DNA of 64,000 nucleotides from Lineus longissimus (Eukaryota): NCBI RefSeq assembly GCF_910592395.1, contig NC_088308.1, positions 2,418,001 to 2,482,000 of the forward strand, read 5' to 3'. Shown piece by piece: positions 44,265 to 57,918 of this stretch (position 1 is its first letter; each line of letters starts with the position of its first letter). The notes under the pieces were generated by a model. It saw only the letters and a program-made list of their open reading frames with translations, ran no database searches and was not told where the DNA came from. The position numbers and the translations under genes were made by a program.

Positions 44265-45075
44265 GGTATCAGGCTGTTTCGCTACATTGCCAGTTCGCTA
44301 CAAGTCGTTTCGCTACATGGGTGGAGTCGTTTCGCTACATGATGGGTATGGTCGTTTCGCTACATGGAGGACGTTTCGCTACATGGGTGGAGTCGTTTCG
44401 CTACATGGATGTAGTCATTATTTTTACTCTATTTTACCCTACTATAATTCCCGGTGGTGACTACAAATTTATTATAGCACAGTTTGCCGGTAAAAAAACT
44501 TATACAGTTTGATGGCGCGCAAGGGGTTCTTGTCGTTTGTTCGCACTTGAATGGACCAGTAACCTCATAGACATCCATTCGCGTTGGCTCGCTCAATTAC
44601 GTACTTATTATTGATTGACAGGGGTCATTCAACCGCACTTCAACGCAGATTTGGAGGCCTTTGCAAGGCCTTCGCGTTGGCTCGCTCAACCGTCTGTATC
44701 CGTGTATACGTACTTATTATTGATTGACAGGGGTCATTCAAACGCACTCCAACGCAGATTTGGAGGCCTTTGCAAGGCCTTCGCGTTGGCTCGCTCAACC
44801 GTCTGTATCCGTGTATACGTACTTATTATTGATTGACAGGGGTCATTCAAACGCACTCCAATGCAGATTTGGAGGCCTTTGCAAGGCCTTCGCGTTGGCT
44901 CGCTCGTCTCACCCATGTAGCGAAACGTCCTCCATGTAGCGAAACGACCATACCCATCATGTAGCGAAACGACTCCACCCATGTAGCGAAACGACCTACC
45001 ATGTAGCGAAACGACCGCCACATGTAGCGAAACGACTTGTAGCGAACTGGCAATGTAGCGAAACGACAGTAATTC
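44265..45075. mobile_element. Foldback-type element, copy 3, with a different core
   Basis: Same arms as copies 1 and 2; core has a 109-bp tandem unit (about 44601, 44710, 44819) and lacks the histone stem-loop. Confidence 0.85.
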
Positions 45076-45200
45076 GGATCAGCCACACCAGTCCCTATTC
45101 GCCAGAATATCAATATAGCACTCGCGTTGAATGCTGCAGTGACGTGATTACACTATATATACTGACTTATTGACAAAGTAACACGTCAGAGAGAATCCAC

Positions 45201-45669
45201 TGGAATGACCAGGAAATACTTGACGGGTGTGTTGCAATGTTTTCATTCTTAGTTCAACATTTTGTCACTTGAGAAATTTGGCACTTCAGTACGAAGATTT
45301 TGCGCAACATCAACCTCTTCTAAGATCTTGTTCAATAAAATCGTCACCTTGTTACAAAGATAGAATGCTTTTCTTTCAAACGGTATGGCGCACAATGTTC
45401 ATTGATCATGAAGTTTGAGGATATCAGCATATTTTAAGGAGAAAATCGGGAAAAAAAATTTCGATTGCAACTTTTTTCATTTTGCATAATATAACCTTGT
45501 CCCACAACATCCGCAGAGGCCGTGGCTGCTCTGTAAACTCGACAAAGAGCCGTCTCGACTCCCTTGTCCTCCGGTACCACCAGGCCTGATTACTGCCTGG
45601 ACCGTACTGCAATTGGCCTACCACTGATGACACTTACATGGTGAGGGCTCACCCTCACAATATTCAGGC
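45201..45669. mobile_element. Dispersed repeat of about 470 bp, copy 2
   Basis: Same orientation and ends as 28394-28873. Confidence 0.7.
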
Positions 45670-45884
45670 TTCTCCCTCAAAGGGCCCCCTCAATCCCGCT
45701 GCGCTGGATCTTCTCCCTAATTTGATAGTGACCAGCTAGACAAGGATCCCGTTTTGCGAGTTGTTGCTACTTATGGCTGTACCGTCGCTACTTTTTGCTG
45801 GGTCACTGGATGTACCAAGTCATGCCCGCTGAAACGACGAGTGATCTCATCAACATTGTTGTGGCGATACTCTACACCATCCCG

Positions 45885-46420
45885 AAGACCAAATCAGTCT
45901 TGGCTGCTCTGCCAAGTTGTTGGTGAGAGAGATGAGGCAATCACAGCCAGGCCGAATCAGTCCTGGCTGCTCGATCGTGTTGACAACATGATGAGAGAGA
46001 TGAGATAGTCACAGCCAGGCCGAATCAGTCTTGGCTGCTCCACCGTGTTGACAATATGGTGAGAGAGATGAGACGGTCACAGGCAGTCCAAATCAGTCTT
46101 TGCTGCTCCACCGTGTTGGCACCATGATGAGAGGGATGAGACAGTCACAGCCACGTCTGTCTTGTTGGCTGCTCTGCCAAGTTGTCAACATGGTGAGAGA
46201 GATGAGACAGTCACAGCCGGGCCGAATCAGTCCTAGCTGCTCCACCGTGTTGACAGCATGATGCAGCAAAGACCAGCCAAGCCACATCTGTCTTGTTGGC
46301 TGCTCTGCCAAGTTGTCAACATGGTGAGAGAGATGAGACGGTCACAGCCAGGCCGAATCAGTCCTGGCTGCTCCACTGTGTTGACAACATGGTTGGAGAG
46401 ATGAGACGGTAACCAGGCCA
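45885..46420 (+). repeat. Minisatellite, ~62-66-bp unit, about 8 diverged copies (orphan unit near 46825-46885)
   Basis: GGTGAGAGAGATGAGACRGTCACAGCCAGGCCGAATCAGTCCTGGCTGCTCCACCGTGTTGACAACAT. Confidence 0.85.
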
Positions 46421-48187
46421 GGTTTAAAGCACAAACATCAGGAATATCACATCAAAAGAATCATTTAATTTATTAAGACAATGCAACTTTTCAAATCTAG
46501 ATACATGAGAAATGTCTTTGATATATCTACTATGACAAATTTTCTGATATACTTCTAAATATCAGACCATGGAAGAGGTATCATTACAAGAAAATGTCAA
46601 AATGTCCAAAATGTAAACCATGGGAAATTTCAAACTTATTTGAAATATATACTGACCACGACTAACTTAGACCTTCACACTCGTTCCCCGAAGTGGTGTC
46701 TCACTGCTTGAAGGGATTTGGGTCATATAACAGCTTCTCTTCAATGGGTTGCTGCTCTAAGGGTTCTGCGACTCTTTACACTGGGCTAGGAAATTCTTCC
46801 AGGCCTAACTCTGTAATTCTATAACAGTCAGGCCGAATCAGTCCTGGCTGCTCGACCGTGTTGACAAGGTGAGAGGGATGGGACTCTCAACCTACCTGGA
46901 AGACAGTAGGCCAGATACTTCAGATGAGAGTGACAGCTATATTCCCGCAGATTTTCCAGTGTACTTATCTGCGCACTGCTGCTTCCTAGCGGCTAATCGA
47001 TAACCGCCAACTCCTGATTCATTCGCTAGTAGGCTGATTGGTGTAGAATGTTATTGGCGGTGCTGTAGCAGCTACCAGTGGTGCGTTACTTTAGCTTAGA
47101 TTATCAGGGATGGTAGAGATGACACCGACGACGAGATAGTGTTTAGCTGATCTCACTAGGATTATCTTTAAATCTTTTCTAACCGACCCTCGGCTAATGA
47201 TGTAAGTCATTTTACTGTCATTTTAAACTCTTCTTTCGATTGCTGTTTCAGTGACATTTTCACTATCGCACCACTGTTGTTGCAAGTTTACTCGCATCGA
47301 CTCTGATCATTGAATAGATGGTTTAGAGTTGAGTGTCAGGCTGTGCACTTTGCTCGACTTTCACCTCGCACTTGGTTTACGGGAATGCTGTGGTTATTTT
47401 AGCGATATGACAATTTTCTGCCAAGTGTGTATCCGTACAGAGACTATGCCCCCAATGACAAAGCATTAGACTTGTCACAGCCTTCGTTCTAAAGCGGCCG
47501 AATCGAGCCTACCGGGTGTCGTGATATATAAAAAAATTTTCTTCGGTAAAATGAAAACCTCACTCAAAAACTTCTACGAGGCTTTATTATTTTACCGAAA
47601 AAACCTCTACGCGCGGGGTGTGTTGGCGGAAAGACTTTTCAAAAGCTCGAAAACCTTTATTTCTAAGAGTGAATCAGCAATTTCTCTGACTAACACAGAC
47701 GATTGCTCCAACATGTCCACATACTTCCTCTCGTGCAGCACTGGCAATGTCCTCTCTTTGATGTAAGACTGTATCTACTCATGAATATCGAACCCACACG
47801 AAGAAGACTGTATTATACACTTACCGTACACGGCTATCGTATAGCCCATTGATCAATTATCCATTGATCAATTAATCAATCACCCGATCTATCTCGAACA
47901 GCAGCAATTTAATGTTATTACTTATCACAACTGTTAATCCGATCTGAGATCTCGTGGGACCTTTTTGTCAATTAAAGAGGTCCTGGTATAGATTTGACAA
48001 CCTCGTGTATATTGTGGTCTAATTGATATAATGCAGGGGCTGAGTGATAGCCCAAGGTAACCCGCGATAACCAATACCCATCACAGCAGTCATTAGCAGG
48101 ATCTTCGTGTTGATGCTACTTATCAATATTTGACCTTATAAATCGATTGAATTCAATCGAGCTTAATGGAGCATCGGTTGACAGTCA

Positions 48188-48568
48188 ATCTTCTGTCTCA
48201 CATGATTTGAGCTAATGCTGACAAGTTTTGAACAGCCATCATCTTCTGACATGATTGGGACACCTGTTGAATAGTTTTCAATATCTAGCGTCTTCTGACA
48301 TGGTTGGGACACCTGTTGAATAGTTTGAATAGCTAGGATCTTCTGACATGATTGGAGCACCTGTTGAATAGTTTAGAATAGCCAGCGTCTTCTGACATGA
48401 TTGGAGCACCTGTTGAATAGTTTAGAATAGCCAGCGTCTTCTGACATGATTGGAGCACCTGTTGAATAGTTTAGAATAGCCAGCGTCTTCAGACATGATC
48501 GGAGCACCCGTTGAAAAGTTTAGGATAGTCAGGATCTTAGTCAGGATCTTCTGACATGATTGGAGTAC
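48188..48568 (+). repeat. Minisatellite, 49-bp unit, about 7 copies
   Basis: TCTTCTGACATGATTGGAGCACCTGTTGAATAGTTTAGAATAGCCAGCG at 48242, 48291, 48339, 48388, 48437, 48486. Confidence 0.9.
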
Positions 48569-49119
48569 CTAAGAGTGGATAAGAATTAAACGTAACCCAA
48601 AATCTATACTATATACATGTACTAGTTGTTTGCGTTGGGTGGGTTTCATAGACCAGCAGTCGGAGCTATATAGTGAGAAAAAAACGATAAGAAATTGTCG
48701 CAAACACATTTTATTTTGATGATACACGTTACTGAAAACATAAGAATCTTTAATGGAATTACCCAATGTAATCTTTGTACAAATAGTCAATTCGAGACGG
48801 GAGCCAAGCAGTGGCTACGCTGAACAGATCAATAGAAGCTGCCTGAGGCTCTCAACAAGCTATAACCAGTCTGTTATGAATGTATCTCGTAGCAGTGTAC
48901 TGTTTAATAGGGCCAGTTTGAAATAATTTTTAATTGGCCATGTTTCATATGTTGGTATCAAATGGACCAATCAATATTTGAATTGGATTTTCAATAATGA
49001 GTGGTTTATCGAAACCACGCGCTTTTTGTGTTCCGCCCTTTGCATCATCTCCAATGCTTAATCAAAGCATGTTTCTTTGGAAAACTGCAAAATCGCAAAC
49101 ATCGCATGCTTTTGGCTGT

Positions 49120-49632
49120 CCTTCCTTGGTTGAATATCCCGCCTTTTCTTGCATGGCATCGGGCAGACACCCGGCTGTTCGATGTTCCTCTTGGTGAAAT
49201 GTCCATCTGGAATGACATCTCACGAACAGACACGTACGTCGTCCTCTGTTAGGCCTATATTAGATCTTCCTGCGCAACATCCTGAAGACATCCGACTGTT
49301 GGATGTTCATCTTGGTTGAATACCCATCTTTCTGCGTAAAATCTGGCAGACATCTGACTGCTTTGTCCCTTCTTGGTTGAATACCCAACTTCCTGCGTAG
49401 CATCTGGCAGACATCTGACTGCTATGTCCCTTCTTGGTTGAATACCCAACTTCCTGCGTAGCATCTGGCAGACACCCAAATCTGCTGGATGTCCCTATTG
49501 GTTGAATATCTATTTCTTGCATAACATCTGGAAGACATCCGACTGTGTGATGTCTCTTCTTGCTTGAATATTCCATTTCTTGCTAAACATCACAGGCAGA
49601 AATCGACTGTGGAGTCTCCCCTTGGTTCAATG
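49120..49632 (+). repeat. Minisatellite, ~61-bp unit, about 8 diverged copies
   Basis: CTTGGTTGAATACCCAACTTCCTGCGTAGCATCTGGCAGACATCTGACTGCT-type units at 49311, 49372, 49433 and flanking. Confidence 0.85.
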
Positions 49633-51614
49633 CGATAGGGGCTCGAGTCTATTGGCGCCTCAGTCTCCATTAAGAAGCGTTGCATGAACCATCGCTAGCA
49701 TGATGCATACATTTATTGATAATCTGAATGCGTTACACGCCAGCTTATTCATGGGGAAACATACATAAAACAGACACAACTGCAATATCCATCGTTCAAA
49801 TGTTGTTTGCCTGTTGATGATAAAAACGTGCGACATCAACAATGTGATGGATGTACACCGAACTTTCAACGGTATTGCCTCAGTATAGCCTCCGCCATTG
49901 TCTGGAAGCTGAGCAATGTCAATACATTGAGGGTCAAGATGTAGATGCAGCCAAACGTCCAAGAATCCCAGGAAAAATACAATTGATGGTATAAAGTAAT
50001 GGCAAAAGTCGGATATTAATAGCATATTACATGTAAATTGTGAAGACCACTGAATGAAAATGCGGGCCAGCATCGCGCATTATTATATTGGGGTTGTTAC
50101 AGTTCTTTGATCAACATTACAATACATATAGTCAGCATTCTTTCATGCTCAGTATACTGGTTACTTCAAAAAGGTTGCACCACCAGATCGGAGTAGCAAT
50201 AGCGGTCACTGTAACCTGAGTTTTAAAAGATCCATATTTTTCAAGAGTGCGCCTGGTGGGGATACCTTATAGTGAGGCGAATATAGTCAAAATCTTAAAT
50301 GAACTGTGCTTTGAGGTATAAATGCTAAACTGCTTGATATGATATGTCGTACATGTACATTGTAACTTCATCAAACCGATATCAAAATGTATCTAAGGTT
50401 CATTCATCCCTGCATATGAATAATATTGATCTACCTCTCCCTGAAGTGCAATCAAGAAGTTTAATGGCAGCTGCGGTAAAGTTTAATCGATGGCCGCGCA
50501 GATGACAAACATAGCGGAACCATGGCTGTGAAAAATGAAGAACTTAGTGTGATATTACTTTTTCGTGACAGAAACTAATTCTACCTCACATCTGAAAAAC
50601 CTCACTTAACGCAGTATAGAAAGACTTGCCGAAGAAAAACGGCTGTCTTGGCATAGCAGTGACGGGCGGACCTCAAGCGGACCTGCCTGACAACGAAGGC
50701 AGCATCTTATCCGACATAAATTATCTCGATCAAATATAAATTTTGGCGCAAGAAGTCAATTTGTCAGAGACGAACATTCTCTGTCACACAGGGTATCTTC
50801 GTTGCAGCCAAAACATATATTGATGATCGAAAACATAAAAAATCTCCTTCACAATCACAGAAGAACAGTTTTCAGTTGGCAATTCCCCCGAGTATCATCA
50901 CTAACATGTTTTTCTTGCTGATTGTCCTCCTGATCTCGGAGGTCGAAAGATGTGATGTGCCCTCCATGACTTAAAGCTCGTGGCGGCCCTGAAAAGGACA
51001 CTTCAATCTTCGTCGGAGAAACACATCTTCTGCTTCATCATCATATACGTTCATCGTCACACAGAATTCTCACGGTAAAAGTTCTTTGTCACGGTACAAA
51101 TAATTATATTCTGTCAGTACGTTCATAATCCTTCATCGTCGCAGATTCATCACGTCTTCTCATGCTTCGACACGCAGGAGCAGAATAACATGACAAGAAA
51201 AAAGATGGTAGAATCGCCCTGGGTATGTAGCGCTCTACCATCACGCTACCCTGGCCTTGGTGATCGAGCAAGTATCTACTCCGTATGTTATACCACAAAA
51301 TCGATTTTGAACGCTAGCCAGAATAACTAATTTATATGTATACTGTAGAGTTCCATATTCGCGTATGCCCCAAAAGACAAACCGCATCATTTTCAGTTTG
51401 ATTCATCCAGTTCGCATGCCGAGTAATTTAGTATTTAACAATTTCCTGAAGCAAAATCAACTGGCGGTCTCCTTCAGATAAACTTAAGATTGGTTCATTT
51501 TGTAATGACTGTTTTGGTGAATCTGTGCTAAATGATTTTGATTGGATATATTATGATGATGTCTCCAAAAATTATCTGCTTTATCTTAAAGTGCAACTTG
51601 CACAAACAATAACT

Positions 51615-52841
51615 AGTAGATAACAGCAACATTAGATATCAAAAGTAACTTGTAGATAACAGCACATTAGATATCAAAAGTAACTTGTAGATAACAGCAC
51701 ATTAGATATCAAAAGTAACTTGTAGATAACAGCAACATTAGATATCAAAGGTAACTTGTAGATAACAGCACATTAGATATCAAAAGTAACTTGTAGATAA
51801 CAGCAACATTAGATATCAAAAGTAACTTGTAGATAACAGCACATACGATATCAAAAGTAACTTGTAGATAACAGCACATACGATATCAAAAGTAACTTGT
51901 AGATAACAGCACATACGATATCAAAAGTAACTTGTAGATAACAGCACATACGATATCAAAAGTAACTTGTAGATAACAGCACATACGATATCAAAAGTAA
52001 CTTGTAGATAACAGCACATACGATATCAAAAGTAACTTGTAGATAACAGCACATTAGATATCAAAAGTAACTTGTAGATAACAGCAACATTAGATATCAA
52101 AAGTAACTTGTAGATAACAGCACATTAGATATCAAAAGTAACTTGTAGATAACAGCACATACGATATCAAAAGTAACTTGTAGATAACAGCAACATTAGA
52201 TATCAAAAGTAACTTGTAGATAACAGCACATTAGATATCAAAGGTAACTTGTAGATAACAGCAACATTAGATATCAAAAGTAACTTGTAGATAACAGCAC
52301 ATTAGATATCAAAAGTAACTTGTAGATAACAGCACATTAGATATCAAAAGTAACTTGTAGATAACAGCACATACGATATCAAAAGTAACTTGTAGATAAC
52401 AGCACATTAGATATCAAAAGTAACTTGTAGATAACAGCACATTAGATGTCAAAAGTAACTTGTAGATAACAGCAACATTAGATATCAAAAGTAACTTGTA
52501 GATAACAGCACATTAGATATCAAAAGTAACTTGTAGATAACATCACATTAGATATCAAAAGTAACTTGTAGATAACAGCACATTAGATATCAAAAGTAAC
52601 TTGTAGATAACAGCACATACGATATCAAAAGTAACTTGTAGATAACAGCACATTAGATATCAAAAGTAACTTGTAGATAACAGCACATTAGATGTCAAAA
52701 GTAACTTGTAGATAACAGCAACATTAGATATCAAAAGTAACTTGTAGATAACAGCACATTAGATATCAAAAGTAACTTGTAGATAACAGCACATACGATA
52801 TCAAAAGTAACTTGTAGATAACAGCACATTGGATGTCAAAA
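51615..52841 (+). repeat. Tandem array, 35/36-bp unit, about 35 copies
   Basis: AGATAACAGC(A)ACAT(TA/AC)GATATCAAAAGTAACTTGT head-to-tail with no spacers. Confidence 0.97.
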
Positions 52842-55800
52842 GATTGTTACGTTGAAATAAACGAACGACATCTTGTCGATAATAGTGACATCAGAAAAAC
52901 AAAACTGCCTGCAGCTTTTCTCTTCATACGAAAGAAACCCACCAGTGAATGCCTTCTTGGCATCAAAAACGCTAGTAACCCCTTTGATCTAATCAATAAC
53001 TACATATATTCACAAATTCAGAGTCAATCTGTATCATTCATCAATATCAGCCGTAACAAAGAGCGTATTTTTTTGGACAAATACAACCCGATCAAATGAG
53101 CTACTGAATAGGTCGGTGCGTTTGAGATCCTTCCTTTCGAGATTTGTGTATTATGAAACCCTACACGGGATATCGCACGCTGTCATAATCATATGTCACA
53201 TATTATGGATTTTTGTCATTAATTTTAATGGAAATTGCAATTAGACGATTCATCTAACCTCCATCACCATGGTGCTGGGTTGCTGCTCTTGTTATTTCCG
53301 AGTGTGTTGCAGGTTGTGTTGGGGCGGACTCAAGCTAGGCATGCAACGTTCTGCACTCCGACGCCGTGCTTGAAAATATGTCTAAAGGTTTCGCGAGGAA
53401 AGACTGGCGTTTGAACGCCGCCACTGATCGAACACTGTAATTCATATCAATCCATATCATACCCAATATCATTTCTCTGAGACGATCAAAAACTATGGCG
53501 AAGCTAGCTCTAGCAAATTCACTTAGTCTAGATAATGTTTGCGATATGTAAGGCGATTTTCTCTCGTACGCCGACAACGAAACCATTACGAGAAGCGTAC
53601 AGGCTATATTGGAGAACATGATTGGGACCCAGCGAGCAATGTGTAACCAAATAAGCCAGAAGATGATTGGCCACCGCAACAATCTTCCGCATCATTTCCC
53701 ATCAGAGGTATCAGGTACACGAACAACCGCCATGTCGGCCAATCATTATGCCATTCGATTTGTCATACCGAGACTTGGACGCTGAAATTATACCCTCGCG
53801 GTGCCCCGGGATCGTAATATTCTTTTAGAGCCGAGCACATATATCATCAGATGGACATGCGGTGGTTTTATTACACCCTCAACCCTATGAATTAGAAAGG
53901 TCGCCCTTGAGCGCTTCACCATACCAACGGTTTCTGTGATATCAGCCGGAAACATTCATTTCGAAGCTAGTAAGCGTTATTTCATTGTTGCATTTGTCAT
54001 ACCAGCAAAAACTGTCATATCAAGTTACATCAGATGAGTTTACAACCACGAAAACGTTTTTCCTACAACTGCATCCAATTTGGCGTCGTCGTGGATGATC
54101 ACACACCTAAACAACGGCACAACTAGACAGTATTCTGGCCGTTTGGCCAAAAATTACAATTCCTGGTGTTGCAGTGGGTGAAAAAGTCACCAGGTAACAG
54201 GAAAATGGCCGAGGTTTGTATGCTTCTGTATTCGTCACTTCGCAACACCACTGACGCTGACATATGGCATGGTGGTCACAAATACTCTTTGTTTGCCATG
54301 CCAAAACTTGCACCCTATGTGTATACTGCTGGAAATCAGCTACAAACTGAAATAATTGAATTTCATAAGTTAATCCCTTGGCAGTAAAGAAAGCATTCTC
54401 TGTGAGAGCTGAGGCTGACGGCGATATTGATTTTAACAGAGATATTGAATTTCTATTCTAATATCGGAAGCAAAGGTGCGCGGATGTATCACGATTCTGA
54501 AGAGAACTGCACGCAATACAACAAATTGGAGGTGGAAAAGAATTCGAAAGAGCGGAGGTCTCATGTGTCGAAGATTACTAAAAAGGCTGTTGCACACTTC
54601 TGCTGTTAACACCGCGATTTTACAGCATTTTCTTATAAATGCATTACAACATTTACATGTAGCATCCTATACTCGGAGAGATGTCGGAGTGGCGCTGTGG
54701 AAACGTAACATTTAACGAAGTCTGTAACGGAAATGAGACAACTGGTAGCGTATGCTTTGAGCGACAGAAAGACACTGGTTATGTTTATCTAGAAGAGAAG
54801 CTTCTTCTGTCGTGTCTGTATCATTGCAAAGGTTTCGGTGAAAAATGCGTAGGGCGTATTCTCTAGGCCTACTCTGCTCAAGGAAGAGACCTTCCGCCAT
54901 CTGATCGACTGCATGTTTTTACCAATCAGAGGCATCGTATTCCTATAACGGCGAAGATTAGCTGCGCCGAACAAGCAGACTAGGTCACTTCTGATTGGCC
55001 AGTACCTGATAGGAAAACCAAATTCATTCTTTTTTGAGGAAAGTGATAATGGATGTTACCAAGCGCTTGCGTGCTTCTTTCTGTTGCTGCGGAATGAATA
55101 TCGACAAGGACCTTGTCATTTCCCTTCTCGAATCTTTTCAATTGCATGCCATATATATCGAATTCTCGTCTACAGTACTGTAATGAAACAAATGTGTCCT
55201 GGGTGATCATTAGGCGGAAAAGGTCCGGTGTGGAAACCGCGCGCAGATGGTGCGACTTTCATCTCCGACTGCTCATCTCAGCCTACCAGCAATTCAACCA
55301 CTGACTAGACGCTGTCTGCAGTGGAATATATACGAGCTGCGTTGTTGGATGTAACATACCCATACATTGTCATGTGTAGCGCCATCATATAGATCGATAG
55401 CGTAATGTCTTCCACATGCCCGACTCTCAGAGGGGTAGCAAAGACTCATTTCTTATTTGCTCTGCTTTGAAGAAATAAATACACATAACAGCTATTCTTA
55501 TTCACAACGTGGCGGAGACACAAAAAATGTAATTTTGAATCGGCTGATATAGTTTCCATTGGGGGTTATGAGAACGTGGGATTTTCTTTGATCAATTGTC
55601 GCTGTTGCCGATGATGAAAAACACTACATGTATTGATAATATTTTGGGAAGAAATAATCGGATGAAAATCAGGCTTTTGTGTGCGTTTCAGGGGCAAAAA
55701 CTAAAACCGGATTTCGGAGATTTTCAAATGGGATTGTCCAAGGCAATAGGCGGAGAACATGAAATATTGATGAGAGAATGTAATGACTTGTATCACCACC

Positions 55801-57377
55801 GCCCGTAGGAATATTGGCTACGGTAGGCTACTTTTACAAAATGTCAATGAAAATGATTTACGAAGGCTATTCGCACAAATGCCACATTGGGCGATAATCA
55901 ATATCTGCGGGAATGAACAGTTCAACATGTTTTGTGATACGACGCCATACATTTTCCGATCTTGCTGAAGCTTGCACAGCCTGTGTGCAAACTTGATGGC
56001 CCTCGACTCCACTTTAAAACGACGTTGATATGACTACGGTCGTTAATACTGAATACAAAGTTATATAGATCGAACTCAGGACGCATCTGTTTGTACATTC
56101 CTGACAACGGTGTAATAGTTTCCTACAATGTAAATTATCATAGCTATCCCAGTATAAATTTCAGAGTATTATTTAGATTAGGCGAAAATATTCTTGTATT
56201 GGAATTGTCCACAAAACTCAATCGATTCGGCAAATGCTGCGGCCATTGTCAGCGAACATAAACGGCCATTTTGTTGAAAATCTCAGTAATGATTCCTCTT
56301 CTGCTGAACTATTTGTCTTCTCCTTGTAAAATTTTTGAGTAAGCATGAACCTTCCAATACGCTAGCTAGATTATCATACTGTGCAACTATCATTCGGCAA
56401 AATGCCAGTACGCTACAGCTACGCGGCCAACGGGCGTCAATTTTCCTAAAACCAATAATGGATCGTCAGAAACCTTCGGAACGCACCAAATGAAATTTGA
56501 ATTTTCCATTAAAAACTCGGAAATTGAATGTGGGCGAATCGTATTCATACTATAGCATATCGAAATTCTAATTCCATTTTTATGGTCATTCTCATTTTAA
56601 TGGCTTTCATGCTATTGTCATCATCTTTCACGCCGGGAAGTAGACATCACAGTCTAACAAAACATCATATTGTTGCCTAGCAGCTGTAAACAAATGGTTG
56701 TTGTTACGTCGTTTCCAAGGAGATTTAGGCTTGAATGAAGAAATTGTCACATTAGTCACAGTACACGACGATGTATTGTCATCCATCACTCTCTCCTTAT
56801 TCAATCAATTACCTAGCTGAAGCTGGAGAATTCGTCATAAGTTTTTAATGAGATTTCTGGAGGCTTTCATGAAAGTTTGACAATTTTCTTCCATAAATGA
56901 ATACAACTTCAACGACAACTTGGTTTTTTTTTAACCACGGTTCCGTTTTGTCCTCTTTGACCCATGTAGATGTAATTCTCACCCTCGCTTTCCCCTCAGA
57001 GAGCGATGAACTTATACCTGTCTGATCCCCCATTACCCTGACCAAACATCTCAGCAACCCCCTAGTAATTAAAAGCAATAACGCCAAACAGAAGCATCGC
57101 TCCAATACCATTGCCCAATTCATCATTCTGTTGCCAGAAATAATATTTGCTTTTACTAGATGACTGGCTGTTGGACAGTGTAGTGTGGGCATTTCCATCA
57201 AGGAGCAGTGATTCGCATTACCATGGTACTTGATAGCTTAAGTGGTAAAATTGAGATGGGCTGCTTTGACATTATTGGTTTTGACATGTTTATAGGGAGA
57301 AGCTTTCAATCAATAGGGATGGAACATCGATTAATACCAAGTGAAAATACTGATGGTGATTTGAACTGAATTATGTA

Positions 57378-57918
57378 TACTGATGGTGTACTGAATTGAA
57401 TACTGATGGTGTACTGAATTGAATACTGATGGTGTACTGAATTGAATACTGATGGTGTACTGAATTGAATACTGATGGTGTACTGAATTGAATACTGATG
57501 GTGTACTGAATTGAATACTGATGGCGTACTGAATTGAATACTGATGGTGTACTGAATTGAATACTGATGGTGTACTGAATTGAATACTGATGGTGTACTG
57601 AATTGAATACTGATGGTGTACTGAATTGAATACTGATGGTGTACTGAATTGAATACTGATGGTGTACTGAATTGAATACTGATGGTGTACTGAATTGAAT
57701 ACTGATGGTGTACTGAATTGAATACTGATGGTGTACTGAATTGAATACTGATGGTGTACTGAATTGAATACTGATGGTGTACTGAATTGAATACTGATGG
57801 TGTACTGAATTGAATACTGATGGCGTACTGAATTGAATACTGATGGTGTACTGAATTGAATACTGATGGTGTACTGAATTGAATACTGATGGCGTACTGA
57901 ATTGAATACTGATGGTGT
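57378..57918 (+). repeat. Tandem array, 23-bp unit, about 23 copies
   Basis: TACTGATGGTGTACTGAATTGAA with occasional GGCG variant. Confidence 0.97.

Noticed and set aside
51615..52841. 35/36-bp repeats of CRISPR-like length
   Set aside because: Head-to-tail with no unique spacers, no cas genes, eukaryotic context
53300..56150. Cluster of short ORFs, possibly a decayed viral or transposon gene
   Set aside because: Many stops and no recognisable motif; needs blastx/HMM search
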